Shown piece after piece: positions 36,665-49,562 of a stretch of 64,000 nt of DNA (position 1 is its first letter; every line of letters begins with the position of its first letter). The notes beneath the pieces were generated by a model, which made no database searches, had not been told where the DNA came from, and saw only the letters and a program-made list of their open reading frames with translations. The translations under genes were made by a program, and so were the position numbers. This DNA is from Mobula hypostoma (Eukaryota): assembly GCF_963921235.1 (NCBI RefSeq), contig NC_086106.1, positions 71,114,001 to 71,178,000 on the forward strand. The letters run 5' to 3'.

Positions 36665-37520
36665 TGACTCTTGAAAATAAATGTATTTTGCAGCCCCACC
36701 TTATATTGATGAACAATTAAATTTAATGTCTCTTTTTCCCCCTTTTCGAGGTGGTTGGGGTTCTGTCGAGGTCCTGATCTGCAATTGGCACTCAAACTGT
36801 TTTTTTTTATGGCAGATAAGTTCCCAGTCCTGAAGCTCGTTGGCTGACCATCTTTCCAACATTCTCCAGGTACGGCTTGGAAAACAGCACTTCCAGGTTT
36901 CAGCCCTGTGGACAACCGATTCCAGGCCAGTGTTACTAACTAAGGCATTACGGGAAAAGGAAAATCAGGATTTCGCTGTGACGAATGGATGGACAGAGGT
37001 CTCTGTAGTCCAATGGCCGCATTCTCTCTCTTTCTCTCAATGGGGCAAGACTTTGCTAACAATTCTCGAGTCGGGAATCTTGGAATAAAAACTGGCTCCG
37101 TAGTGTGTTACACTGAAACAGCGACTGTCAGTCTCTCCTTTCACTGGAAAATGGGTGATATTTCTCCATCCTTGTCAGTTAGAGAGAGAGAGAGAGAGAG
37201 AGAGCCTGTGGCATGTCAAACTGTTGGATAAACGATAGTTTTTGTTGACTGCAGATCATGGTCCCTCTTTGGGTGCTTTGCCATTGCTTGATGGGTGGTG
37301 GGCACTGACGCTTTTTGCTGAAGTGGGTGAGGTGGGGGAGGGGGGATGTTGATGTGTTATGCTTTGCTGCTGTTTGAATAGGGCAGAGGAGAGAGGGGCT
37401 TTGGGGTTCTAACGTTTCTTTTGGAGTTCCTCTATTTATTGTGGATGTCTGCGAAGATATTTTAGGTTGCATACTGTATACATTCTCTGATAATAAACAG
37501 AACCATTTGAAGCATTGGAA
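36665..37520 (+). mobile_element. Non-autonomous retroposon (Rex-tail family), copy D, with an (AG)n tract at ~37179-37204
   Basis: Shares its 5' block with copy B, its middle block with copy A, and the tail TTCTCTGATAATAAACAGAACCATTTGAA. Confidence 0.7.
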
Positions 37521-37789
37521 TTCCTACAGTGAGCACAGCTTCCTTGGCTGTAATGTCTTAGCTGTCATTCTGACGTCATGAGTAGGCATACTTAAATATT
37601 TCTTCCTTTTTTTTGATGGTACTTAAAATTCATGCTTCTAAAATCTTCACTGAAAATAGCCCTAAGTATTCACTATGCCACATGGAAAATTTCTTATCTC
37701 CATTATTTCAAACATGACCTTTAAGCTGTTCGAGTCTACAGCAGCCAGATTGGCTTATCTTATCCAAAAAAGCTTCAGTTTATGAAGAC

Positions 37790-40330
37790 ACGTAAGATAG
37801 AGAGGCAATAGTAAGCCTTCTGGCACCTTATGTCTGCTCCTCCATTCAATAAGATAATGGCTGTATTCTAACCTTGGCTCCACTTTCTTGCACTCGCAAC
37901 ACAACTCTTGATTCCCTTGATATCTAATGATCTATTGATCTCTGCTCTGAATACAAATAGAGCCTTCACAGCACATTCAGTGGAGAATTACAACGATTTA
38001 GTTCGCTCTAGGTGAATGCATTTCTTCATATTTCTGTTCTCAATGACCAGAACAGATACTCAGAGGCTTTTCTCCAGGGCTGAAATGGCTGACATGAGAG
38101 TTCACAGTTTTAAGGTGCTTGGAAGTAGGTACAAAGGGGATGTCATGGGGTAAGTTTTTTACGCAGAGAGTGGCTACTGCATGGAATGGGCTACCAGCGA
38201 CTGTGGTGGAGGTTGATGTGATAGAGTCTTTTAAGAGACTTCTGGATACATACATGGAGCTTAGAAAAATAGAGGGCTGTGGGTAACCCCAGGTAATTTC
38301 TAAAATACTGTAAGTACATGTTTGGCACAACATTGTGGGCCAAAGGGCCTGTATTGTGCTGTGGGTTTTCCATGAGTATCAAGTAGCCCTTATTTGAACC
38401 CTTAATTCTAGATATTCAGCCAAAGAAAACAGCATTTCTATATCTACTCTGTGAAGCTCGATAAAATAAAAGTTCATTTCAATGTGATCACTCTTCGTTC
38501 TTCTAACATCAAGAATGTATGTGCTCAGTCTGCCGAATTTGTCCTCTTATGATAAAAAATACCAGTGAACCATTTCTTCACTCCCTCATATTACAACGAT
38601 ACAGTTCCTTAAATAAGGAGACCAACTTGTACATGATATTCAAAACTTGGTCTCAACAGAGTACTGTATAATTGGAGCAAAATGTCTCTTATGCTCAAAT
38701 CTTCTTGCAATAAATGCCAATTAATTACTTGCTGAAGCTGCACATTAACTTTCAGTGATGAGTCACACAAAGGCATCCAAATCCCAATGAACACAAATAC
38801 CTTTCAAGTTCTCATTATTTAAAAAAAAATGCCATATGTTTACTTTTACTGCCATAGTGGATGACCTTAGATTGTCCACACTGTGTACCTTGTTCTTGCC
38901 CATTCACTTAACCTGTCTTTATCCTACTGAAGAAGGGTTTCAGCCCAAAACATCCACTTTGTAATCATTTCCATGGATTCTGCCTGATCTGCTGAGTTCC
39001 TCCAGCATTTGTGTGTTACTTTATCCTGCTGAAGCCTTCTTGCATCATTCCTTACAATGCCACCTAGTTCTGCTTTATCAGGAAATGATAAACTGTTTTT
39101 GAGCCATCATCCAAAGCACTAATGTAGATTATGAATAGCTGCAACGATAGTCCATTAACCGGTTATCTTCTGAGTGTATTATCTGAAAATAAGGTACTGT
39201 AATTCTGATTAATAATATCCTCCAGTATACCATATCAAAGGCTTTCTTAAAATCTAAATCCTTAAATAACCTTGTTTTCTCTTAAATAGGCTGCCTGGTA
39301 TAACATCCACAAAATTCAACATGATTCCCTTTTATAAACACAGTTTAAATTTCCCCAAATCTATTTCTACTTTCAGAATGCTCTTTCACCACCAATAGAT
39401 GCCATACTACTTCCCTGTTTTCTCTCTTCCTCCTTTCTTAAATACTAGGGTTTAATTCATTATATTCTAATCTGTGAGAGACATTCAAAAATTTGTGGAG
39501 TTTTGGAATGCTCTTTCCATAATCATCTACTTCTATACATATCAGGCAGGTCAATAGATCCTGAAGATTTACTGGTTTGCAGTCCCATTAATTTCTCCTG
39601 TATTAAGCTTTATCTATTACTGGTTTATTTGAGCTCCTCATTCACTCATTCACTCCTCATTCATTCTTCATCAATTATCCATTATTTCCATGAGGTTGTT
39701 TGTAACCTGTGGAAATAGGCACAAAATATTTGTTACATCTCTCCATCGTTTCCTTTTTTAACCAATATCATTTCTCCTGACACAATCTGTGATTAATTCC
39801 AATAATTGATTTTTTTACATATCTATACAAGCATTACAATTTTCTTTATATTTCTTCCTACACGACACTGGTACATTACTTTCCATTCCCTTGTTTACCC
39901 CTTAGTCTTCCTTTGGGTCTTTTGAATTCCAAAACGTTCTCAATCCTCATGCTTACTGTATTTTCCACAAACTATAAATCTTTTGATGTGATTTAATACG
40001 ATCTTATATTTATTGCTGAGTCCAATTTTGGTGATTGTTGTACCTTACAGAGATAAATGTTACTAATTTGCTGATTATCACTTTTAATTTGTTCTGCCTG
40101 ATCTACACATAGATCAAAGACCTTATGGTTATTTTATTACCCTTGCTGTATTTTTCAGTTATTTCCTGATATATTCTAACCCTGCTATGAAGCCTGTATG
40201 TAATTCCCAGCAATGTTTCTGACCCAATATCTTTCTTAGCTGACCCAAACTAATTCTGCTTCTTAATCTCTTGAGCCAATATCTTGTCTCTCTCTACTGC
40301 CTTAATTATTTTTTAATAACAGTGCTACAA
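37790..40330 (-). mobile_element. Old decayed CR1, with a younger plus-strand CR1 3' end (~38045-38375) and a PLE arm (38933-39018) inserted
   Basis: LLQLYSTLLRPSFEYHVQ (ORF 38609-38794). Colinear similarity to the CR1 at 11806-14869. The far boundary is approximate. Confidence 0.7.
38933..39018 (+). mobile_element. 86-bp PLE arm with a 16-bp TSD
   Basis: CTTTATCCTACTGAAG (38917-38932) and CTTTATCCTGCTGAAG (39019-39034) flank AAGGGTTTCAGCCCAAAAC...CAGCATTTGTGTGTTA. Confidence 0.8.
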
Positions 40331-41864
40331 CAATTCCTTTTTTTGTTTTTTCCTGTTTTTGTTTCTAAATGTACAAAGAAGAAATTTGATATTTAGGGTG
40401 AAGCCCAATTCTTTCTTCTAACTGAAAAGTACTTAGAAAACCATGAAGCACCCACCTGCCTATAGGATTTCATCAAGTTCTACGCATTATACACTAGATC
40501 TAAACACTAGGTTACCTTGGCAAACTCGTAAATAAATAATTGCTAACCTATGTTAATATGTGACCTTTCTATATCCCATGACCTTTATTGCCTCCTAACT
40601 ATGTTCCCTTCCGAGCACAATTTCTGGTTTTGATCCTTGTCATAGAAAGGAGATCATGATTAATTAAACAGCCTCATTCAGTAGGCACTGTGGAAAGACA
40701 TCTGCAGTAATCCGAAAGATAAAACAGGACCTGTGCCGATTATACTGCATAAGCATTACCAAGCTAAATCACATTTGACTTAGTTAGTATTTACAGATTC
40801 TGCAGCAATAATAACTGACAGCTGACATTAGAGCAACATACTTTTGAGCTGTAATACAGAATCAAAACATAAGTTTGCCCTTGTATATTAACCAGCAGAA
40901 ATTTGTTGCATTTATTTTAAATGTAGTTCTGTCATTTTGTCTTTTCACTCTGTTTCACTGCAACAATCTTAAGCAAGTACTGGAAGGTGAATTCTATTGA
41001 ATTTTAGAATGGTATGATATTGTAATAGGTTAAGTTGATGAACTGGAAATTCTACTACATAATATATTTCGTGCACTGCAGTAAAATACGTCAGAAAAAC
41101 AACTGCAAAAATGAACGAATACTGCTTAGTTCACAAACAAAGCCAAGTTGCTTCTGGGGATTTCATGTGTTGGAGTTAGGGAAATGAATGCAATGGTTGA
41201 TAGTCAATCAATGTATGTTTGGATGCAGTTCAAAGTTCAAAAGTTCAAAGGTGAAGAATAGGCCAGGAATGATCAATAGGGCCCAAGGCTCTCTCCCCGG
41301 GTTATGCAGATATTTAGGTCAAAATGGCATCAGATTTGGCAATTCCTTCCTCACCCAACCGCCAACAAACCACCCCCCGATGCTTTCAACCTGCTGATTT
41401 TCTCCATAAAGCATATACAAAAAAAATGTAGGGCAGCCAAAAACTAATGGCTGCTCAACAAAGAGAAAAGGTCAAGTTAGAATTTCAAACAGGACACTAA
41501 TCTGCATGCTGTTGAAGAAAAATCTGGGAATGATAAGAGTGACTCAGGATTCTGTAGCCTTGAGATTTACAGTGTGAAAATTAACAATAGGCATGCAATA
41601 TAACCTATGCCAGAAGTGAGTGGCAAATTAATTAAAATAGAATTGGTCACTGGCTCAGCTATTTCAGTCATTCCACAAAATGAGTTTGAATGGCATTTCA
41701 AAGATACAAAAATGTAGCCTGTAAGTATCCAACTAAAAACTTATACAGGAGAAAGAAAATTCCTGTGGGATGACATCCGTAACTATGAAGTACAACAATC
41801 AACAGGCCATATTGTGCTTGTATGTGGTAAAAACAGAAAGACCATGAAGATGTGGTTAGAGCCA

Positions 41865-43665
41865 CAGAATCATAGAAAAGTACAGCACAGCAACAGGCTC
41901 TTCAGCCCATCTAGTCTGTGCCAAATCATTTAAATTGCCTACACCCATTGACCTGCATTGGGACCACAGCCCTCAATACCCCCACCATTCATGTACCTAC
42001 CTAAACCACTCTTAAATGTTTGCACCACTTGTGCTGGCAACTCATTCCATGCTCTCATGATCCTCTGAGTGAAGAAAATTTTCCCTGAAACATTTTACCT
42101 TTCACCCTTAACCCAGGACCTCTGATTGTAGTCAGCCACAACCTCAGAGGAAAAAGCTTGCTTGCATTTATCTTAACTATACTCCCCATAATTTTATGTA
42201 TCTTGCAATCTCCTCTCAATCTTCTATGATCCAGGAATAAAGTCCTAACCTATTCAATCTTTCCTTATAACTGAAGCTCTCCAGACCCAGCAACATCCAT
42301 GAAAATTTTCGCTGTACACTTTCACCCTTATTTATATCTTTCTTGTTGGTAGGTGACCAAGCTGCACCCAATTCTCCCAATTGGACCTTACCAATGTCTT
42401 ATACAACTTCAACATGACATCCTATCTCTTCTACTCAATACATTGATTTATGGATTTATGAAGGCCGATGTGCCAAAAGCTTTCTTTACGACCCTCTCTA
42501 CTTGTAATGCACTTCCCATGCATCATGAACCTGATCTCTTTGTTCTACCACACTCCTCAGTGCCTTAGTCTTCACTGTGTAAAACCTACCTTGATTGGTC
42601 CTACCGAAGTGCAACACCTCACACTTGTCTGCCTTAAAATACATCTACCATTTTTCAGCCCATTTTTCCAACTGGTCCAAATCCAGTGCAAGCCATGATA
42701 GCCTACCTTGCTGTCCACCAATCTCAGTGTTATTTGCAAATTTGTTGATCCAGTTAACCGCATTACCATATTATCAACCAGACCATCGATATAGATGACG
42801 ATCAACAACGGACCCAGCACTGATCCCTGTGGCACACCACTAGTCACAGGCCTCCATAGTCAGAGAGGAAACCATCTACTAACACTCTCTGGTTTTAAAC
42901 TAGAGGTGCAGGGGGCTGGGACCAGAGTACTAGAACAGTTAGTGGAGAGATTATGGTGACAGATCTTAAGACCTCAGACAAAATCAGGAGTCAAAAAACT
43001 GAGCATGGTGCAAAGGGAGTTCAGGGAGTTTGGTGCTAACTAAATGGCAGGACCTCCAGGATCTCAGGATTTCTATTCTTATTATGTGCTACTTAGGCCA
43101 TAAATAGGAAGATCATACAGTTTAACAACTGGCTAAAGAGTTGGTGTAAGAGTGAGGGCATAAGATTGTTAGATTATTGGGCTCTCTTCCAGGGAATGTG
43201 GAACCTGTATAGAAGGGACGGTTTGCATCTGAATTGGAAGGGGACTAATAGCCTATTGGGAAGTTTTACTAGTGTTGCACTAGCAAACCTTCCCAATAGG
43301 CTATTTGTCCACTTCCAATTCAGGTGCAAACTCCCTTTGCAGAACCTCATCACTCTTCATACCTATGTCATTGGTACCTAAATGGACCACAACCTCTGGC
43401 TGTCCACCATCCCGCTTAAGAATGTTAAGTATTCGATCTGAGATGTCCCAGATCCTGGCACCTGGGAGGAACATGCTATCTGGGAGTCTTGTTCTTGATG
43501 ACAGAACTTCTTTTCTGTTCCCGTAACTAATGAATCCCCTATCACCACAGCTTGCCTCTTCTTCCCCGCTTCCCCTCTGAGTTGCAGAGTTGGATCTGCT
43601 AGGTCATCTCCCCTGCTAAACAGTATCCTAAGGGGTATACCTATTGTTGAGGGAGATGGCCACAG
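41865..43665 (-). mobile_element. Rearranged CR1: minus RT/3' end (41865-42890), inverted ORF1 pieces (42893-43277), minus ORF1 (43278-43665)
   Basis: GVPQGSVLGPLL (-), YRRDGLHLNWKGTN (+), AVVIGDSLV and HLGTND (-). Tail AGAATCATAGAAAAG. Confidence 0.85.
43221..43331. repeat. 54-bp-arm inverted repeat with a 3-nt loop
   Basis: Arms 43221-43274 and 43278-43331 differ at 5 of 54 positions. Loop is TTG. Confidence 0.9.
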
Positions 43666-44479
43666 GGGTTGGCTGAGCAACTACAGTTTCATTGGGGATC
43701 CATCCACAATTTGCATGCCACATTGCTGCAATCAAGCCAACAAAATGTTAATTAAGAAAGGTACTGGATGATGCCACAGCTGTCTCCATGCTGAAAACCA
43801 TGAACCATTGCCCAACAGAGGACAAACTGGTGTTGGGGGTGCCAACCTCTGATTGGAAAGCATATGGGATCCAGAAAGGACCATGCTGTTCAGAGGATTC
43901 ATGAAAGTGATGAAAGCAGTGGTCTAAATACAATAGTTTTCATAGGCAACATATCTGAGAAAGCTTCTGCTATGTTAATGAGGCAGTTACTTGCAAAATC
44001 TGATTTGGTTTTAAGCTGGAAGAGAGTTCAAGGAGATTCAGAAAAGTTGCAAGCTTTTGTGAGTATAACGAGCCAAAATCCACTCTGCATGCATTGAAGT
44101 TATTGCATGATTTTCAATGGGGAGATAAAAAGATGCTTGTAATAGTAGATGCAAAGACAAAAGTCCTGCTGGATGAATAGAAGGCCAAAAAGAAGGGTGT
44201 TCAAGACACGTTCATAGTATCCTAGACATCTTCAAGGAGCAGTGCCTCTAAAAGGCAATGTCCATCATTTAGGACCTCCATCGCCCTGTGTGTATAGTTG
44301 AGATCATTCCCTATTGAGTTGAAGTTTACTGTTATGTATGGAGGAGTGTTGTATATCTAATATTTTAATAAAATTTGAGTAATCTTGTATATATGTTGTT
44401 TGACTAAGCATTATCATTTGTTTATATAATTAATTATGAGTTATATGTAAAATTACATTAATTGCTCTCAATTGCATAT

Positions 44480-44745
44480 CTAGTAGGTTGCTAATACTTA
44501 TGTGCATAGTCTAGCTACCCTTCTTGAGAAAGTAAAGGCATTCATGAGCTTTCTTGACTGTGAGGATGTGTTCTGGGACTATGAGAGTTTGTGTGAGGCG
44601 TGCACTCCCAGGAGTTTGAAATTACTGTGCCACCAATGTGGAGAGGGTTGTGCGTGGGGTGAGTTTTCCCAAAGTTGGTAACAATCTCCTTCGTCTTGTT
44701 GACATTGAAGAAGAGGTTATTTCACCTCGAACCAGATCTCAATAC
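44480..44745 (-). mobile_element. Rex1/Babar RT fragment
   Basis: Reverse strand reads ITSSSMSTRRRRLLPTL, the out-of-frame shadow of LNVNKTKEIV, followed by NFKLLGVHAS. Confidence 0.6.
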
Positions 44746-45089
44746 GTTGACATATTCTTCTACATGGATTTTCGCATGAACATGGATATTTCCCCAGTTT
44801 CAAGAAAGAAGAGGGCAAGTTCGAGACCATGATATTTCCGACAGTAGTAGAACAGAGTTCTGCTACTGCACTTGCCCATTTTCATGTGGATAATCATTTC
44901 TGACCTACTGAAGCTGTTCTGAATCCATTCCACAGAATCAATGGAATGAAAGGTATGTACAGCTGGCATCCAATACTTTCACAATCATGTCATGTAAATT
45001 GCTTCAAATAAATTCTCCCTTTTTCATTGAACGTCATTCAAGGTGGCGACTAAGATTGTTTTAAAGTGTTAATGATTCCTTTGAGGCAA

Positions 45090-46210
45090 AATCTTGACTG
45101 ACATATCTGTTGGAATTCTTTAAGGAAATAACAGGCAGGATAGACAAGAGAGAGTCAGTGGATGTTGTTTACTTGGATTTTCAAAAGGACTTTGACAAGG
45201 TACCACATATGAGTCTGCTTAACAAGATAAGAGCTCATGGTATTACAGGAAATGTAGGAGCATGGATAGAAGATTGGCTGATTGGCAGAAGGCAAAGAGT
45301 CAGAATAAATGGGACCTATTTTGATTCGCTGCTAGTGAGTAGTTCTGTTCTATCAGTGTTGGATCCACTATTATGCATTTTATATGATCAAAGAAGAGGC
45401 AGATGGAATGTAGTGTAGGTAAGTGTATGGTCATGTACTTTGGTAGAAGGATTAAAGGTGTATACTATTTTCTAAATGGGGAGAAAATTCAAAAATCAGA
45501 GGTGCAAAGGGACTTGGGAGTCCTAATGCAGATTCCCTGAAGGTTAACTTGCAGGTTGAGTCAGTTGTAAGGAAGACAAATGCAATATTAGCAGTCATTT
45601 TGAGAAGATGAGAAGATTAGCAAGTATGTGATGTTAAAGCTTTATAAGGCGGCATTACTCAGACCACATTTGGAGTCTCATGAGCAGTTTTAGGACCCTT
45701 ATCTCAGAGAAGATGTGCTGGTATTGGAGAGGGTCTAGAGTAGGCTCACAAGAATGATTCCGGGAATAAAAGGTTTAATGTATGAGGAGCGTTTGATAGC
45801 TCTGGGACTATACTCGCTGGAGTTTAGAAGAATAAAGGGAGATCTCATTGAATCCTGATGGATATTGAAGGCCTGGACAGAGTGAATTTGGAGAGAATGT
45901 TTCCTATAGTGGGTGAGACTGGGACCAGAATAGAGAGACACCTATTTTGAACAGAGATGAGAAGGAACTTCCTTAGCCAGAGGGTTGTGAGATAGTGACA
46001 TTCATTGCCATAGATAGCTGAGGAGGTCAAGTCATTGAGTATATTCAAAGCAGAGTTTAATAGATTCTCGGTTAGTCAGGGTGTCAAAGGTTAGAGGGAG
46101 AAGGCAGGAGAATGGGGTTGAGAAGGATAATAAATTAGCCGTGATGGAATTATGGAGCAGACTTGATGGGCCGAGTGGCCTAATTCTGCTCCTACACTTC
46201 ATGGTATTAA
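45090..46210 (+). mobile_element. CR1 ORF2 3' part, degenerate
   Basis: EFFKEITGRIDKRESVDVVYLDFQKDFDKVPH..WIEDWLIGRRQRV. 3' UTR GATGGGCCGAGTGGCCTAATTCTGCTCCTA. Confidence 0.9.
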
Positions 46211-46831
46211 TGATTCTGAACTGAGCATTTATGTGATGTTGTTGTCTATACATACAAATAGTCTATTATATAAGCTGATCTTATGTATTTATATTTATTA
46301 CATTGTATTGTGAACTTTATGTTTATAGTTATGCTTTTTTATGAACTGATTAAATGATGACACGTTTCTTAGGATATTAATTGCCTTTATCCAGTATGTA
46401 AAGTGATGGGGTAAAATCAGGTACTCAACCATTGATGTTACCTAATTGGCATAACAAAAAGGTGCTTGGTTCACACTATTTATTAATAATGAAGCATTGT
46501 TTTGATCAATATGAAGATTATTTCTTCCGGTGTCTGTGGGAAAGTTTTATCTGATATGAAACTTCCAGTTGCTTGCCCTATCACAAACCCACTGTACCAA
46601 GAGAATTAGAATAATACTTTGCTAACCTAAGCTTAACATTCATTGCCTAATTTACATAATTAGAAATGGTAAACATGTCAAAACTTGTAGTGTTACCTTT
46701 GGTGGTCCACAGGATGTCAGGAGTAGAGGAAGTAAGAGCAGCTGTCATCTTCACAGCTACCGGCAAGGTTATGCTGTTTCTAAATTAATCCTCATCTCCT
46801 GATAAAGTCCTAAAACTGTTCGCTTTGACAG

Positions 46832-46869
46832 CCACATCCTCTGGAGTCATTAGCCCAGAAATTGGTCAG
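46832..46869 (+). CDS. Low-confidence candidate exon
   Basis: Acceptor CTGTTCGCTTTGACAG, donor CAG|GTGCAT. Reads (A)TSSGVISPEIGQ, phase 1-0, within a GC-richer island. Confidence 0.2.
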
Positions 46870-48429
46870 GTGCATAGCCACAGTGGCACAGACAGCAGTG
46901 TTGCCTCTGCCCACTCGTCCCTTCCCACACCCAACACACCACAGTCCTTCCAGGAGGTCTCAGTCCACACTTACAACTTTATTTTATCAGATCCTCTTGC
47001 TATTACAACTCATATAATTGACTTAAAATTGCACAGTTGCTGGGTCTGCTATTTCATTAATGTGGTGATTGAATGGGGCTGTGCATTAATAACATTGTCT
47101 CAAGGACATTGACAATAATGTATTCAATTTCACCTGGGCAAAATCAGGTATATTGCCAGTATATGTGCAAGCCTGTATTTAAGATAATACAGAATTCTGA
47201 ATACATTTAACTGCGAGCAAGCAGTAATTGCAAATTTAAAGCCCTCAGTCTTACTCCTCCATCAGAAAGAAGCTATTAACGGACTCATCTACTGCAGTGG
47301 AAGTAAGATGTTAGCCTGAGAAATTATTGGGCAGCAGAAAATCCTGCCTTGTCTAAAAACTGCTGTTGCTTGATTCCTCTTGAAGCTTAACCTTGGCAGT
47401 TCATTTACCCTGCTTTAGTAAGGCTTATTAAAATTAAATTATACAGTGTTAGTAATGAGGTTATCAGGTACTTTAAGAAAAATTCTAATCTATATTTGAT
47501 GCTCCTCAATTGTGCTCTGTACCAGAAAGTGAAAAGAATAGTTACTTAAACTTAAAGGTATTACAGGGCGATGTTGCATTTGTGTGAAGTTGCAGTAACA
47601 TATCAACCCTACCCCCAACCCCTGAACCCTATTAATATTTCTCTATCTGTTTCACCTCTATCGAACGGTTCAAAATGAAACTGGGAAGAAATGTACACTA
47701 TGTGGCTAATGAAGTTTATTTTAAAGTTCATTTCAACTAAACCTGACATTTTAAAATGCAAGGGAAAGTAATGTCTAAATTTAAAGAAGCAAATAGCACT
47801 TCAACATGTATGAATGATTAATGCTTGGATAATCCATTTTATCAATTATCAGTCCTTATAACTACCTTTAAATTATATCCTTTCTTTGTTTGAGACCAAT
47901 TCATATTTACAGAGCTATTGTTTTGAAGACTCATTCAAATGCAGTACAAGCATTGCACTGTTATAATTGGAAGCCAACTGAGAGTACGGTGAGATTGTTT
48001 TTTATGAGTTTTATTTAACTGCTGTAAACCTCATCATATCAGAAATCCCAGTAATCGCACACAATAATCCACAAATCATATTTAAGATAATTGTTCAAAT
48101 ATCCAAAGGAGCAATTAAATAATATTTAGTTCTGGTTAGGTTGTTTTGATTTAAAATGCATTGTCACCTTGAAAAGACAATTTTAATAATTTCTTTCTGA
48201 AATTGACGGGATATTTACCTGGAAAAGGATACTTTCAGGTCAAAATTGGTCAAGTGGGATTATTTTGACCGTTCTTTCAAAGAGCTAACACAGACATGAA
48301 GGGCTGAATGGCTTCATTCTGTGATACATTAATTCCAGGACCTGCCAAGCTTTCCCCCATATGCTTTCCATTGTAATTCTCCTCAACAGAAAAAAGGGAA
48401 TAAACAATTCTTGAATATCTCCTTATAGT

Positions 48430-49056
48430 TGAAAAACCCTGCTTTCCTCAGCTGCGTAAATTAGGGAAGACAATTTCTGGCTCTGCCAAAGGTGTGAGAT
48501 CGAGGTGCGAGCCCAGCCCAAACCCCCTGTGTGTGTGGGTGTTGTGCAATTCATTATACTGTTACAAATGAGTGCCACAAAATAACAGCCAGTACACCGC
48601 ATACAATTAAAAGATTTAGCTTTATAATTCTTAATTTGACTAGAGGCTTGGTAAAGAAAAGAACAAAAAAAAAGAGCCCATTTTAATGAAACAGTCTAAT
48701 ATACACAAGTTGGAGCTCACAATTTCCCCAAGTCGCCGATCCTCAATCGATCTCACCCCAGGGTTCATCGAATCACAGTCCTGCTCCGGGTCAAATCCTA
48801 CGACCTCTTCTCTCCAGTGTCTTCACTCTTCATCTCTCTCGAACCAAAAAAGAACGGCAAGCCCAACCTAAGTGTCTCTCACCAGAGAAACATCCCCTTC
48901 AATTCGACCATCCTAAATGGATGGCAGACATTTCTCCTCATCTCTTATTTTCAACAATAACCCAAACATAAGCTGAAAACAAGCAGCTCACACAAAACAG
49001 TACAAAATGAAATACCTACACCACAACAATAAAAAAATATAAACCAGGGCATTGCA
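48430..49056 (-). mobile_element. Solo LTR (627 bp, Gypsy-like)
   Basis: TG...CA termini and 4-bp TSD TAGT (48426-48429, 49057-49060). CpG-containing core. Confidence 0.75.
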
Positions 49057-49124
49057 TAGTCAATAACTGCTCAGAGAGTAGTGGTAGTCCCAGTGGGACT
49101 GGGTCTGGGCTGCAATAGTCAAAA

Positions 49125-49540
49125 TTTAAAGTTCAAAGTAAACTTGTTACCAAAGTACATGCCTGTTACCATATGCTACCATTTTCTCGCATGTATTTAC
49201 AGGGAAAACAAGAAATATAATAGAGTTAATGGAAAACTATGCATAAACAGACAAAGACCGAAAACCAATGTGTAAACAAACACAAACTGTGCAAATAAAA
49301 ACATATACTGAGTACATGAGATGGAAGGTGCCCTTGACAGTGAGTTTGTAGGTCATAGAATCAGTTCAGAGTATTGGTGATTGAACTTAACCACACCAGT
49401 TCAGGATCTGATGATTGTAGAATAATGACTGTTCCTGAACCTAGTGATTGGGACCTAATGTTTCTGTACCACATTTCTGGATGGTGCGGGTCTTTCACGA
49501 TGGATGCTGTTGTTTTGTAGCAGTTCTCCATGTGAATATA
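49125..49540 (-). mobile_element. Rex1/Babar 3' end
   Basis: ENCYKTTASIVKDPHHP. Tail reverse-complement AAAGTTCAAAGTAAACTT. Confidence 0.75.
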
Positions 49541-49562
49541 TTCAAGGTATTCTATGTAAATA

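Larger units (their letters stand above)
41410..44470 (+). mobile_element. Decayed Gypsy LTR retrotransposon (gag/protease, integrase remnants, PPT, start of the 3' LTR), interrupted
   Basis: ELVTGSAISVIPQNEFE at 41640 (decayed DTG protease) and IQLKTYTGE. MLVIVDAKTK integrase-like at ~44133. PPT GGAGGAG (44340-44346) directly before TGTTGT (44347). Confidence 0.75.
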
